NCBI GenBank assembly: GCA_022566355.1
Contig: JADFJB010000006.1
Location: 67-64,066, forward strand
Length of the DNA: 64,000 nucleotides
Reading direction: 5' to 3'
From: Candidatus Zhuqueibacterota bacterium
Lineage (GTDB): Bacteria; Zhuqueibacterota; JdFR-76; DREG01
In this document: piece by piece, positions 33,675 through 44,111 of the stretch
Layout: every line of letters begins with the position of its first letter
Position numbering within the stretch: position 1 is the first letter of the stretch
Notes under the pieces: generated by a model
The model's database searches: none
What the model was told of the DNA's origin: nothing
What the model saw: the letters and a program-made list of their open reading frames with translations, nothing else
Made by a program: the position numbers and the translations under genes

Positions 33675-34568
33675 ATGGCAAAATATTTGTTAACGATTTT
33701 ACTGGCTTTAAATATTGTCTCAACTGCTTTGAGTCAATCCGGACTTTCTTTTCTAAAGATAGGCATTGGAGGCAGGGCTTCAGGCATGGGAGAAGCTTTT
33801 TCTGCAGTAGTCGATGATGCCACAGCGACTTACTGGAATCCTGCCGGTTTAATGCAACTCAACCAGCAACAACTCTTTCTGATTCATAATGAATGGCTTG
33901 AGGATGTTCGCAGTGAATTTGTTACATTTGCCTTGCCGACGAAAAACTATTCTATTGGCTTCAGTCTCAATAGTATCAACATAGGCGATATTGAACTGCG
34001 AGGACGTCAGCCTTCAGTCGATCCAATTGCCACCTTCACAGCGCATGATCTTGCACTTGGTTTATCTTATGCTCGTTCGATTACAACGGAATGGGATGTC
34101 GGGGTCACCGTAAAATACTTATTTGAAAAGATATACATCGAAGAATCCAGCGGGATTGCCGGGGATATTGGCGTTCAATATCATCCGGCGGTTATTCCCA
34201 TCAAATTCGGTATGACATTGCAAAACCTCGGGAGGATGAATAAATTAGGAAGCGAATCACCAGAATTGCCCCGTATATTCAGACTTGGACTTGCTTTTAA
34301 TCCAACCATATTACAAGTGGATCACTTGCTTTTTGCCGGAGATTTTGTACATGATTTTGAGGGCAACTCCCATTTTCATGTGGGTACAGAATATCTTCTG
34401 AAAGATTACTTGGAAGTCAGACTAGGATACCAAACAGGTTATGAAATAAAAAGCATTCAATTTGGTTTCGGTTTCCGGTTCGATAAAATCTTGATGGATT
34501 ATGGTTATGTGCCATTGCAGAAGAATTTCGGACAGGGGCATAGGTTTTCGTTTGGAATCAATTTTTAA
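33675..34568 (+). CDS. PorV/PorQ-family outer-membrane beta-barrel protein (second, tandem paralog)
   Basis: LSFLKIGIGGRASGMGEAFSAVVDDATATYWNPAGL has the same signature as the preceding gene. C-terminal FSFGINF. Confidence 0.65.
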   Translation: MAKYLLTILLALNIVSTALSQSGLSFLKIGIGGRASGMGEAFSAVVDDATATYWNPAGLMQLNQQQLFLIHNEWLEDVRSEFVTFALPTKNYSIGFSLNSINIGDIELRGRQPSVDPIATFTAHDLALGLSYARSITTEWDVGVTVKYLFEKIYIEESSGIAGDIGVQYHPAVIPIKFGMTLQNLGRMNKLGSESPELPRIFRLGLAFNPTILQVDHLLFAGDFVHDFEGNSHFHVGTEYLLKDYLEVRLGYQTGYEIKSIQFGFGFRFDKILMDYGYVPLQKNFGQGHRFSFGINF

Positions 34569-34800
34569 GAATTTGATTAAGTTATTTTTTTATTTGAGCA
34601 TATGCTGTAGAACTGCAATCAGTATTGGAATAATGATTGTTGTAAGTAGAGAAAATAAAACCGGTGTATCAAACGACCATTCATTCATCCTTTTCAGGTA
34701 TTCTTGGATATAACATAACGTACCGTACTGCTCCATGTTTTCTGCCGATGGATTACTAAATATATTTTGCAAACTTTTTTCAAAATAGATTGCAAGTTGT

Positions 34801-35565
34801 TTAAATTTTTTTCTCGATTACCATAATTTGGTGAATTTTGATTTGGGGAATTAAAAAAACTCCTAACACAAAAATTCCTGAACCGGATATCCAAGCTAGG
34901 GTTATAAAACTCATTGGGATTGGACTTAGCCAAACCCCTAAATATATCAGCGTTATCGCAATCATTAAATTCACTGAAACAAACCGCAAAAATTTCCCTA
35001 TTTCTCTTATACTCATATCTGGATTTTGAAAATTCAAATGGTTTCCCGGTAGTTTTGAAATCTTATTAATCAGAGAAACCACACCATAAACAAATAAAAC
35101 ATGATGAGAAACTAGAAAGCACCAAATAACAAATGCAATTATTCCGCTTGTATTTGAAGCTTGAGTTCCAAACCATGGCTTTTGAAATTGAAAGAACTTT
35201 GTAACATGAATTAAGCTTAAAACAAGAGGAGGCCCTAAAAAGCTAAATATTACAAAATCTCTTCTTAATTTGAACAGATTTTCCAATTCAGATGAATACC
35301 ATGTTCTTATAGTTTCTTTAGGAAGCTTTATGAAACTATTCATTGCGTAAAGCAGATTTTCCAAACGATAAAGATTTATTGAGGGTAGAAAGCCTGCATA
35401 ACTTATTATAAAACAATATATTCCAAATGCGGCTAAACCATAATGAGTACCGTGACCAATGAAAATCAATAAGTTTTGCAAAAAAAAGATAAATATTCCC
35501 ACAAATAACCAAAATATGATCACATTTATTTTCAAGATTCGAGGAATTTTCTCTTGCCAAGGCAC
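34801..35565 (-). CDS. Hypothetical polytopic membrane protein (AT-rich gene)
   Basis: At least 6 predicted TM helices. No motif recognised. Markedly AT-rich compared with neighbours. Confidence 0.4.
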   Translation of the reverse strand: MPWQEKIPRILKINVIIFWLFVGIFIFFLQNLLIFIGHGTHYGLAAFGIYCFIISYAGFLPSINLYRLENLLYAMNSFIKLPKETIRTWYSSELENLFKLRRDFVIFSFLGPPLVLSLIHVTKFFQFQKPWFGTQASNTSGIIAFVIWCFLVSHHVLFVYGVVSLINKISKLPGNHLNFQNPDMSIREIGKFLRFVSVNLMIAITLIYLGVWLSPIPMSFITLAWISGSGIFVLGVFLIPQIKIHQIMVIEKKI

Positions 35566-35697
35566 TAATAACCTATTTCGCTTTATTTGCCTTTTTGCGT
35601 CGAACTTAAGGAGTAATTCTATCTCATTAGTGGTGTTTTTGAAAATCTTCTTCTAATTTAGTTTTACTCATACTAAACAACACACATCCTATATTAA

Positions 35698-36390
35698 TTA
35701 AAAAGTATTTGCTGAATTGTTTCTCTTTTTCATTATTTTTTTATTAAAGCTTATTTGTGATATTAAGCTCACAATTATCAAAAAATAACCTAATAGAAAC
35801 AATTCCCACCAAAAAGAATCAGGTTTGAATTCAACCAATCCTTGTTGACCTTTCTCCACATACATAGCGATCCCTGGTTGCAAAAAGGCTGTAAAATCTA
35901 AAAGGGATCCAATAATAAACAAAATAAATCTTTTATAAGAAAAACTAAAATGAAGGTTGTATTGCAGTACAATAAGGCTCCATATAACAAATACTAATGA
36001 AATGAGAACCGGGCAAATCCAAGGTGCAAGCCAAATACTAGGGACGAGAAAAAGTACATCCCACTCAAAAAGACTGACAGGCCAACCTATGATTAACTTC
36101 AACCATATGTAATAGAAAATATCCCATAATCCAAAAATATATAAGAACGTAATAAATGCTTTTGAGATACTTACGCCAGATACAAGTACAGCAACAGAAA
36201 AAATCATCAAAAGTGTAGAAATCTCTCTCCCAATTTCTAAAGAATAGTTAATTTGTGTAAGAAATTTAAGAGGAAAAATATTTTGAATATTGTCTTGATA
36301 GTACAATTCTCGTAGATAAACAACGATCGTACTTTCCAAGAAGGCCATAGAAATGGCAAAAATAGATATCCAGACTAATTTATTCTTCAT
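35698..36390 (-). CDS. Hypothetical polytopic membrane protein (AT-rich gene)
   Basis: Likely start MKNKLVWISIFAISMAFLES (internal Met of the 260-aa ORF). At least 6 TM helices. Confidence 0.4.
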   Translation of the reverse strand: MKNKLVWISIFAISMAFLESTIVVYLRELYYQDNIQNIFPLKFLTQINYSLEIGREISTLLMIFSVAVLVSGVSISKAFITFLYIFGLWDIFYYIWLKLIIGWPVSLFEWDVLFLVPSIWLAPWICPVLISLVFVIWSLIVLQYNLHFSFSYKRFILFIIGSLLDFTAFLQPGIAMYVEKGQQGLVEFKPDSFWWELFLLGYFLIIVSLISQISFNKKIMKKRNNSANTF

Positions 36391-36529
36391 AAAAACACTA
36401 CTAAACTGTATATATTTAATTGGATTCGTATCTAAGTACAATATAATTTGTTTTGTATGTACTACTTTTTTGATTGACATTTCAAGATATTTGGATTCAA
36501 ATAGTTATGCTAATAAATTATAATTAGCC

Positions 36530-36934
36530 ATGAAAACTGTTTTGGTAATATGCACAGGAAATTCTGCCAGAAGTCAAATGATGGAAGGTTTACTCAACCA
36601 TTTTGGCAATGGAAAAGTTCAAGCCCACAGCGCGGGCACTAGGCCCTCGACAATAAATCCATTTGCGATCGAAGCCATGACGGAAATTGGCATCGATATT
36701 TCAACCCATTATTCAAAATCCATCGATGAATTTTCCAACCAAACTTTTGATGTAGTTCTTACTGTTTGCGATTCAGCACGAGAAAGCTGTCCCTTTTTTC
36801 CCGGTGAAAAAATCATCCATAAGAGCTTTACGGATCCGGCCGCATTAGAAGGCTCGGATCAAAAAAAATTGAAGCTTTTTAGAAAAGTCAGGGATGAAGA
36901 GATGGAATGGGTCGAAGACTTTTTGAAGAAATAA
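36530..36934 (+). CDS. arsC: Arsenate reductase, LMW-PTPase family (thioredoxin-coupled)
   Basis: VLVICTGNSARSQM P-loop (CX5R). Second and third Cys in TVCDSARESCP. 134 aa. Confidence 0.8.
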   Translation: MKTVLVICTGNSARSQMMEGLLNHFGNGKVQAHSAGTRPSTINPFAIEAMTEIGIDISTHYSKSIDEFSNQTFDVVLTVCDSARESCPFFPGEKIIHKSFTDPAALEGSDQKKLKLFRKVRDEEMEWVEDFLKK

Positions 36935-37116
36935 CTGATAGCTTTTCATTAAAATACAAACTTTATAAATGTATAAAATGTAAGAGATATGTGAAGATTG
37001 TTCATCCCAGAGAATTTTTGAAGATTATTAATGACGTAATCTAATACGAAATTTTTGATATTTGGTAGTTTGGCAATTTTTCTTTTGAGTCAGAAATAGA
37101 TCTGTTAGTAATTCTT

Positions 37117-37884
37117 TTATAATTTCTTCTCAGCAATTTCCCGCAATGTGGAGACATCCAATCCTGCTTGATTTGCAAAGTTTAAAGCTCTTCTCAAACG
37201 GTCCGGTGCTGTCCGGCCCATACATTTGTGATCCGGATCGCCTTCAAATGCTTCTAACATGCCGGTAATCACCCTTTCTCTTTCCAGCTCCTGGCCAACC
37301 AGCCAAGCTTGAACATCCATGATGTCATTGGCTACTTTTCGGACGAAGTCTTCATGATTTTGCCACAACTCACCCACGGAACCTCCTTTAATTAATCCCG
37401 CAATATTGATCGTTATGATATAGACATTTTTTCGCACCAATTCGAATTGGAGTTCGTCCTGGTCTTTAAGTATTCTTGTAGGAATATCGATTATCTCCAG
37501 TCCTTCGCCAATCAATCCGGCATTTGGTCCGTAAATTGGCGATGGCAAAAGCACATTGGCATCCATGCCTTTTTTCTTTTCAAACCAGACTGAAATGACG
37601 GTTGGATGGGTTATTTCGAAGGCCTGCCAATCCCGCGGAAGAAGTTCATTTTGTAGCAAAACAAGGCGATCTCGCCAAATTGCAGGTATCTCTTCCAGAA
37701 CATTGTTTAAGTCCCCTTCCGCAACGGATACCAGGACAGCTTTTGGATTCTGAATCATATTTGCTTCAATCTTTATATCCATACTTCGAATGATGGGGTA
37801 AACCGGATGTCCTGTTGCCAAAATTCCTTTAGCAAAAACACCACCTAATTGTCCCATACCAACAATAATTACCTTCGCTTTCAT
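37117..37884 (-). CDS. NAD(P)-binding Rossmann-fold protein (ketopantoate-reductase/ProC-like), function unknown
   Basis: N-terminal KVIIVGMGQLGGVFAKGILATGH dinucleotide-binding motif. No catalytic motif assigned. Confidence 0.4.
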   Translation of the reverse strand: MKAKVIIVGMGQLGGVFAKGILATGHPVYPIIRSMDIKIEANMIQNPKAVLVSVAEGDLNNVLEEIPAIWRDRLVLLQNELLPRDWQAFEITHPTVISVWFEKKKGMDANVLLPSPIYGPNAGLIGEGLEIIDIPTRILKDQDELQFELVRKNVYIITINIAGLIKGGSVGELWQNHEDFVRKVANDIMDVQAWLVGQELERERVITGMLEAFEGDPDHKCMGRTAPDRLRRALNFANQAGLDVSTLREIAEKKL

Positions 37885-38080
37885 TAAGCTCTCCGGGGTT
37901 AAAATCCATATTAGAAATACAATGGCTCAAAATATAAGAATGAATCTAAAATTTCAATGCTTTCCGGTTAGATTGGATTTTCAACAAAAGTATAAAATTT
38001 TGTTGTATTTTAATGCTGAAATCGCTAAAATCATCTGTTATTAATTTATTAATGGAATATTTCATTTTGACAAGGAAAGT

Positions 38081-38699
38081 CATGAGAGTCACAATATTAT
38101 TATTTATTCTTATTTATCTTCTTCCTGTTAACATAGACGCCCAACCAGCTAGGTTTTCACGAATAGAAATCACTCCGAGCTTTGGGGCTTTCCGAATTAG
38201 TAATGATGCCTTCAGCAGGTTTTATGACAATCGATGGTTATATCCTGCTGGTGTATCTATTGATTACGCATTAAATCCATCTTTACATTTAAATGTACGT
38301 GCAAAATTTTCCCAAAAAAATTCATCTTATTTTGATGAAGATCTCAATGAGAATGTAGATCTTAAATGGGAGCAATCGTGGTTTGGTATCGGGATCCAAC
38401 GTTTTACTTCTTCTCCCTTTTCCAAAAGCAGAAGTTATTTTGGCTTTGGGTTTGCATTTTTTCAAATTGATGAAAACAAGGAGGGATATCTCCTGAGGGA
38501 GTTGAGTAGAAGTTCATCAAGCACCAATCCGAAAGGGTTTTTCATATGCGGTGGTTTTGATCGCCCTGTTTCAAGTAAAATAAACTTTCGTTTTGAAATC
38601 GAGGCGACTTCAGCGGGTGTTGGAGATGGATTTGGATTCGAATCACAAAGCCTGGGAGGGATTTATATTGGTTTGGGGATCAATTTCAATTTATTGTAA
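38081..38699 (+). CDS. Putative outer-membrane beta-barrel protein
   Basis: Signal peptide MRVTILLFILIYLLPVNIDAQ (AAGGAAAG RBS). Alternating hydrophobic pattern, Gly/Phe-rich strands, C-terminal IGLGINFNLL. Confidence 0.45.
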
Positions 38700-38818
38700 T
38701 TGTATTTGAAAAATGAATTTTTATAATATTTTGTTGACATTTTCAAAATTAATTCTCAATTTAGTGCGAAGTTAAACCCTTCACAATTATTTATATTTTC
38801 GAGAGGAGGTGATTTCGA

Positions 38819-38968
38819 GTGGCCGAAACAGCATATTGTGTAAAGTGTAAAGCAAAAAGAGATATGATAGATGCAGAAAGAGTGACAATGAAAAATGGGA
38901 GACCGGCAATGAAAGGTAAGTGCAATACTTGCGGAACCGGAATGTACAAAATATTGCCCTCAAAGTAA
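38819..38968 (+). CDS. DUF5679 zinc-ribbon small protein (49 aa, not in ORF track)
   Basis: GTG start preceded by GAGGAGG RBS. Translation MAETAYCVKCKAKRDMIDAERVTMKNGRPAMKGKCNTCGTGMYKILPSK, with CxxC...CxxC and the conserved MKNGRPA core of DUF5679. Confidence 0.6.
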   Translation: MAETAYCVKCKAKRDMIDAERVTMKNGRPAMKGKCNTCGTGMYKILPSK

Positions 38969-39020
38969 TTAACTGCTTTTGCCGGATACAGGGTGAGTAA
39001 TTGAAAGTTACATAAATTTG

Positions 39021-39060
39021 TTAAAGAGGTGGAGAGAGCATTCCACCTCTTTAACTTTTA
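39021..39060 (+). terminator. Rho-independent terminator after the DUF5679 gene
   Basis: Perfect 13-bp inverted repeat ttaaagaggtgga / tccacctctttaa with an 8-nt loop, followed by cttttat. Confidence 0.65.
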
Positions 39061-39264
39061 TGCTGGCTAGGGATTGAGTATTTATCATTTGACTCTCTGC
39101 AATTACATCAAAATTGCTAATTACGATTTATCTATCCCTTTTTCCAACCTTGTGAAATTTTTTGTTAGCGCTTTGAAGCTTTCTTTTTAATGCGTTTAAA
39201 TCAGTTGTAAATTATTATTGATTTGCAAGTTTAAGGTGATAAATTATGCTTGTAGTGCTACTTA

Positions 39265-40782
39265 GTGCTCGGGAATTCTGAAACTTGGAGAAATTTATAT
39301 TTTGTGAATTTGTTAACTTTAAAATCTTTTAGAAATATCTTTTCACAATTTTTAATCTTTCTTCTTATCTCAATATTTCATATTAGTGGATTAGCACAAG
39401 ACCAGGTAAGTCCAAGAGAACAAATTTTTGGTGAAGTCGATAAATTAATAGAAGAAGCTCAACTTCTTCAAGCCAGTCTCTATTCGCCCAAAAATTTTTC
39501 AAAAGCCGTAGAAAAATATAAGGAAGCAGAAAGAAGGTTCCAAAGAGGAAGCAACTTAAATGATATTCGTAAAAGACTGGTTGAAGTAGCGGATTATTTA
39601 AATAAATCAATCGAAACATCAAAATTGGCATTAGTGGCGTTTATTGATATTAATGCAGCAAAGAAAGCCGCCATGAAAGCTGATGCTGATGTGCTTCTTT
39701 CCGAGGATTGGCAAAAAGGTGTAAAACTATTAAAGGAAGCCGCCGAGAAACTGGAAAGTGGAAATTCAACAGATGCAAGAAAAAAATCCGGCCTAGGGGA
39801 ATTGCATTTTCGAACAGCCGAATTAACTGCAATAAAAAATAAATTTTTGCTTCCTACCTGGGATTTACTAAATAGAACGAGGGAGCTCAAGGTTGAAGAC
39901 CATGCACCGAAAACTTTGGAAAAAGCCAAACGCTTGGCTGCTCGTGTAGAGGTTCTGTTAAATCAAAATCGATATGATACGGATGAAGCGTTACAGCTTG
40001 CACAAGAAGCAAAATATGAGGCTGTTCATGCAATTTACTTATCTCAGCTAATTAAGGGATTAAAAAAATCAAAAGACTATGAAGGTGTTTTGCTGGAATC
40101 TGAAGCGCCTTTGCAAAAAATCTCATCAGAATTGCAATTGAATCTAGAATTCACTGAGGGGTTACAAGTCCCAACTAACAAAATAATCACTGCAATCAAA
40201 GTATTGGCTAGTAAGATCCGCAAAGATGAGTCAACAATTGACCAGAAGAACCAGGAAATCAAAAATTTGGAAGAGCAAGTTGAAACAATGAAGGATCGGC
40301 TAGGTAGTGCAACCGAAACTGAAAAAGAGCTGCAATCGAAATTAGCAAAAATTCGTGACGAAGAAGAAAAAATGAAAAGAATTTCCAAAATGTTTGCTAC
40401 CAGCGAGGCAAATGTACTTCGGAGTGGCTCAAATATCATCATCAGATTATATGGATTGACATTCCCGGTTGGGAAGGCTATTATTGAACCACAATATTTT
40501 CAATTGCTTTCCAGAGTTAAAAAAGCATTTGATGAATTTACCAATGCACAGATTATCATTGAAGGTCATACGGATTCCAGGGGATCTGATGAGTTAAACC
40601 TAAAGCTTTCTCAAGATCGCGCACAGGCAGTCGCTCGATATTTTACTGCGATTGAAGAAAATTTGTTGGGCAAGATTCAATCAGAAGGTTATGGTGAATC
40701 GAGGCCGATTGCAAGTAACAATAGTGAAGAAGGCAGGGCAATAAACAGGCGTATTGACATTGTTATTACCCCGGTCAAATAG
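39265..40782 (+). CDS. OmpA-family protein with long N-terminal coiled-coil region
   Basis: C-terminal OmpA-like domain (FPVGKAII...IIIEGHTDSRGSDELNLKLSQDRAQAVARYF...NRRIDIVI). Lys/Glu-rich heptad-like central region. Signal peptide if translation begins at the GTG at 39304. Confidence 0.75.
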   Translation: MLGNSETWRNLYFVNLLTLKSFRNIFSQFLIFLLISIFHISGLAQDQVSPREQIFGEVDKLIEEAQLLQASLYSPKNFSKAVEKYKEAERRFQRGSNLNDIRKRLVEVADYLNKSIETSKLALVAFIDINAAKKAAMKADADVLLSEDWQKGVKLLKEAAEKLESGNSTDARKKSGLGELHFRTAELTAIKNKFLLPTWDLLNRTRELKVEDHAPKTLEKAKRLAARVEVLLNQNRYDTDEALQLAQEAKYEAVHAIYLSQLIKGLKKSKDYEGVLLESEAPLQKISSELQLNLEFTEGLQVPTNKIITAIKVLASKIRKDESTIDQKNQEIKNLEEQVETMKDRLGSATETEKELQSKLAKIRDEEEKMKRISKMFATSEANVLRSGSNIIIRLYGLTFPVGKAIIEPQYFQLLSRVKKAFDEFTNAQIIIEGHTDSRGSDELNLKLSQDRAQAVARYFTAIEENLLGKIQSEGYGESRPIASNNSEEGRAINRRIDIVITPVK

Positions 40783-40784
40783 AA

Positions 40785-41819
40785 TCACGCAGGTATATTT
40801 TGGTGTTGATCGAATATTGTTTTTATATGAATCTCATTTAAAGCAATTTTAAGAACCTCCGAACCAGCCCCGGATTTGTAAGCATTCTCACTTATAAACC
40901 TTCTCCACAAACGAGCATAAGGTATATGTGCAAACAATCCTAGCATAGGTCTTGTAATTCTCTTGAGAGGAATTCCACGCTGCACCTGTTCTTCTATGTA
41001 GGGTATCATGGCATTAGCAACCTGTTCTCTACTAATCTCTTTTACCTCTTCGCCATAAAACCTGGAATCCACTTCGGCAAACAAAAACGGATTTTCATAA
41101 GCAGATCTGCCTATCATAACTCCATTCACATGTTGAAGATGAACTGAGATATCTTCCAGCGTTCGCACCCCACCATTGACTTCAATAATAAGGTTTGGAA
41201 ATTCACTTTTTAAGCGATAGACTTCTTCATGCCGGAGTGGGGGAATTGAACGATTTTCTTTTGGATTCAGTCCTTTTAAAATGGCTTTGCGTGCGTGTAT
41301 CATGAAGCGGTCACAACCGCCTTCGGTAACAATCCGAACAAAATTCGCAAGATCTTCATAAGTATCCAGATCATCGATACCAATCCTGTGCTTAACCGTT
41401 ACTGGAATACAAACAGCCTGTCGCATTTTCTCGACTGCAGCAGCAATCAATTCAGGTTTCGCCATTAGGCAAGCGCCAAAATTACCGTTTTGCACCCGGT
41501 CGCTGGGACACCCCACATTGATATTCACTTCATCATAACCCCAATCTTCCGCAATTTTAGCGCATTCAGTCAACAGCTTAACATCATCCCCGCCGATTTG
41601 CAGAACCAATGGTTTCTCCATCTCTGAAAAGCCTAACAGCTTTTCTCGATTTCCCCGCATGACTGCACCTGTCGTGATCATTTCTGTGTATAAAAGTGTT
41701 TTCCGTGTAATCTGGCGCATAAAATAACGAAAATGCCTGTCGGTCCATTGCATCATGGGTGCAATACTCACAGGCCATTTTTTACTGCGTAGATCGATAT
41801 TTTTCTTATTGAATTCCAT
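40785..41819 (-). CDS. dusA: tRNA-dihydrouridine synthase (DusA-like)
   Basis: SIAPMMQWTDRHFRYFMRQITRKTLLYTEMIT matches the DusA N-terminal signature. TIM-barrel Dus motifs (catalytic Cys in NINVGCP). 344 aa. Confidence 0.8.
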   Translation of the reverse strand: MEFNKKNIDLRSKKWPVSIAPMMQWTDRHFRYFMRQITRKTLLYTEMITTGAVMRGNREKLLGFSEMEKPLVLQIGGDDVKLLTECAKIAEDWGYDEVNINVGCPSDRVQNGNFGACLMAKPELIAAAVEKMRQAVCIPVTVKHRIGIDDLDTYEDLANFVRIVTEGGCDRFMIHARKAILKGLNPKENRSIPPLRHEEVYRLKSEFPNLIIEVNGGVRTLEDISVHLQHVNGVMIGRSAYENPFLFAEVDSRFYGEEVKEISREQVANAMIPYIEEQVQRGIPLKRITRPMLGLFAHIPYARLWRRFISENAYKSGAGSEVLKIALNEIHIKTIFDQHQNIPA

Positions 41820-41866
41820 ACTAAATGATAAAAGATAGTACTCGATTTGTTCCCGTTTTATAAAGT

Positions 41867-42601
41867 TTACTGTTTTTTTGTATCAAATTCTTTAGTTTTC
41901 CGATTAAACGATTTTGTAAATAATGCCGCCCAGAAGATAGTTCCCAGAATTTTTGTTCCAGCGCCAATAACACCCGGAATCGTTCCGGACACTTTCGATT
42001 TACCAATCCGTTTTCGATATCGCACCGGCACTTCCAGAGATGGAATATTCTGCTGCGCCGCTCGGATCTGCATTTCAACAGTCCAGCCATAATTCGGATC
42101 TCGCATCCCTAATTCAAGAAGAGTTGAATATCGAATCGCTCGAAATGGACCTAAATCAGTAAATTTGACCTTCCAGATTTTCTTAATTAAAAAGCATGCC
42201 AGCATATTTCCAAACCTGGCTTGTAAAGCCAGGGAGCCTGGTTCTGTTATCCCTAACAATCGGCTACCGATTACCATTTCCGCTTCTCCGGATAAAATCG
42301 GGTCTACAAGCAGGTGCATATCACCAGGATAATCACTGAAGTCGCCATCTAAAAATACAACAATATCACTTGTTTGAATGGCTGCTATTCCGGTCAAACA
42401 AGCTGTCCCATATCCTCTTTTAGGTTCCTGAACAACCCTAGCGCCGTTGTCCCTGGCAACCGAACCGGTATTATCCGTTGAGCCATTATCAACGACAATA
42501 ATTTCATCGATCCATTCGGGAATGGCTTGGATGACTTTATCGATAGATTTTTCCTCATTATACGCAGGAATGATGACGGTTATCTTGGCATTAGATTTCA
42601 T
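41867..42601 (-). CDS. GT2-family glycosyltransferase (Dpm1/ArnC-like, polyprenyl-phosphate sugar transferase)
   Basis: VIIPAYNEE ... VVDNGSTDNT ... DGDFSD (DxD) motifs. 244 aa. Confidence 0.8.
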   Translation of the reverse strand: MKSNAKITVIIPAYNEEKSIDKVIQAIPEWIDEIIVVDNGSTDNTGSVARDNGARVVQEPKRGYGTACLTGIAAIQTSDIVVFLDGDFSDYPGDMHLLVDPILSGEAEMVIGSRLLGITEPGSLALQARFGNMLACFLIKKIWKVKFTDLGPFRAIRYSTLLELGMRDPNYGWTVEMQIRAAQQNIPSLEVPVRYRKRIGKSKVSGTIPGVIGAGTKILGTIFWAALFTKSFNRKTKEFDTKKQ

Positions 42602-44057
42602 TAGCAGTTAAAAATTGAGTAGTGAAATGAGGGATTTTTTTTGTTGAATAATAAATCTCACGACCTAAGAAAATCCAAATGGGTATATATTCAATCCAAA
42701 CAATACCAAAATCAAAAATGTCGACCATACCCCTTGAATCAAAAAAGTAGCGTAAATAATAGAGGGGCAAAGTTGCTGTCAACAAAAGCAAAGAAAAGCG
42801 CGGCCTGACGGTAAGTAAAGGAAGCAACCACAGGAAATACCATGGGAATTGTGTTGGAATTAAAAAGAATAGCGCTGCAATAGTCCATTGACAATGGTCT
42901 ACAAAGGCCTTTGGGCTCTCTTGCTTTCTCAGTACAAGATAGAACATCCAAGCAACCATAAGTATCACGACGATATATCTAGCTGTCAAAAACTTAAAGC
43001 CTGGGTGAATGCTAAATAACCCCAGCCCCAGTTGCGATCCCCATACCAATAATTTGAATATGGCGTCGTTCAGCTGCCATCGTTCGCTATAATTAATAAA
43101 TCCGGAATTCTCGTCAAACCCAGTAAGATACACTGGCGCCAATAAAGCCAAGACAATCATCGTAAAAAGAGCTATGGATAGAGTCAATTCCTTAGGTTTC
43201 AGCAATTTATTTTTCAAAAAAAACGGCAGTAAAAGCACCGGCCAAAGTTTAACCCCAACCGCAAATGCCAGTAAAACAATTGCTGAAAATCTTTTGTTTC
43301 GCAGGTGGACTAACACTGCTCCGATAATGAAAGGGAATATGAGCACATCCATATGAGCTGAATTGAAAATTTCTTTTATAAGCAAAGGATTCCACCAGTA
43401 GATTATCAACCAAAATACAGACAAATTTAATTGCCGGAATATCTTAAATAACAAGAATAAAGTAATAACATCAACAGCCAACAGAATAAAACGCCAGGCA
43501 ATTATATCCCAGGGACTTATCATATGTGCAAGCGCAAATGCAATTTGCGTAACCGGCGGATAAACCGTTTTTAAATCGGAATGATTAATTTTTCCCAGAA
43601 TTCCATTAGACTCACGCGCTAATTCCAAATAGTCTTGCGGAATTTCCCCTGGTGTTTTCTCAGTATTCTGAATTTCATAGGGAGAATATTTGTATGGATT
43701 CAATCCATTTGCAGTTACAGCTCCATCCCATAAATATCGATTGAAGTCAACTTCCAGAATGGGGGTTGAGCTAATCATCAAAAGCCGGAGGATAATCCCG
43801 ACGGCGAAAGTCCATGCTATTATTTTCTTCGATTTCTTAAGCGTTGAAATTCTCCTTACTATTATAAGATAGATTATTGATGATGAGACAAGAAGCAAAA
43901 CAAGAAGTATAACCGGTTGCTCGGATATTGGAATTTCAGGGCTGAATTTTTTGGAGAGAAGAACTAAACAACACGTTAAACTGAGAAGGAGAACCCCGCT
44001 TAATATCCAAAGATGATTTGCAAGAAAATTTTTTATGATCCGGAGAGAGGAAGCCAA
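42591..44057 (-). CDS. Polytopic membrane protein, GT-C-fold-like glycosyltransferase (ArnT/PMT-like)
   Basis: 488 aa, >10 TM segments. The 11-nt overlap with the downstream GT2 gene suggests an operon, like ArnC/ArnT pairs. Confidence 0.5.
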   Translation of the reverse strand: MASSLRIIKNFLANHLWILSGVLLLSLTCCLVLLSKKFSPEIPISEQPVILLVLLLVSSSIIYLIIVRRISTLKKSKKIIAWTFAVGIILRLLMISSTPILEVDFNRYLWDGAVTANGLNPYKYSPYEIQNTEKTPGEIPQDYLELARESNGILGKINHSDLKTVYPPVTQIAFALAHMISPWDIIAWRFILLAVDVITLFLLFKIFRQLNLSVFWLIIYWWNPLLIKEIFNSAHMDVLIFPFIIGAVLVHLRNKRFSAIVLLAFAVGVKLWPVLLLPFFLKNKLLKPKELTLSIALFTMIVLALLAPVYLTGFDENSGFINYSERWQLNDAIFKLLVWGSQLGLGLFSIHPGFKFLTARYIVVILMVAWMFYLVLRKQESPKAFVDHCQWTIAALFFLIPTQFPWYFLWLLPLLTVRPRFSLLLLTATLPLYYLRYFFDSRGMVDIFDFGIVWIEYIPIWIFLGREIYYSTKKIPHFTTQFLTANEI

Positions 44058-44111
44058 GTTGCCGTTCCAATATAATTACAGAGATTTATGTCTCAAAAAT
44101 CAAGATACATA

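Noticed and set aside
36934-37116. Possible terminator or regulatory element between convergent arsC and the oxidoreductase-like gene
   Set aside because: No convincing GC-rich hairpin followed by a T-run was found in the AT-rich spacer.
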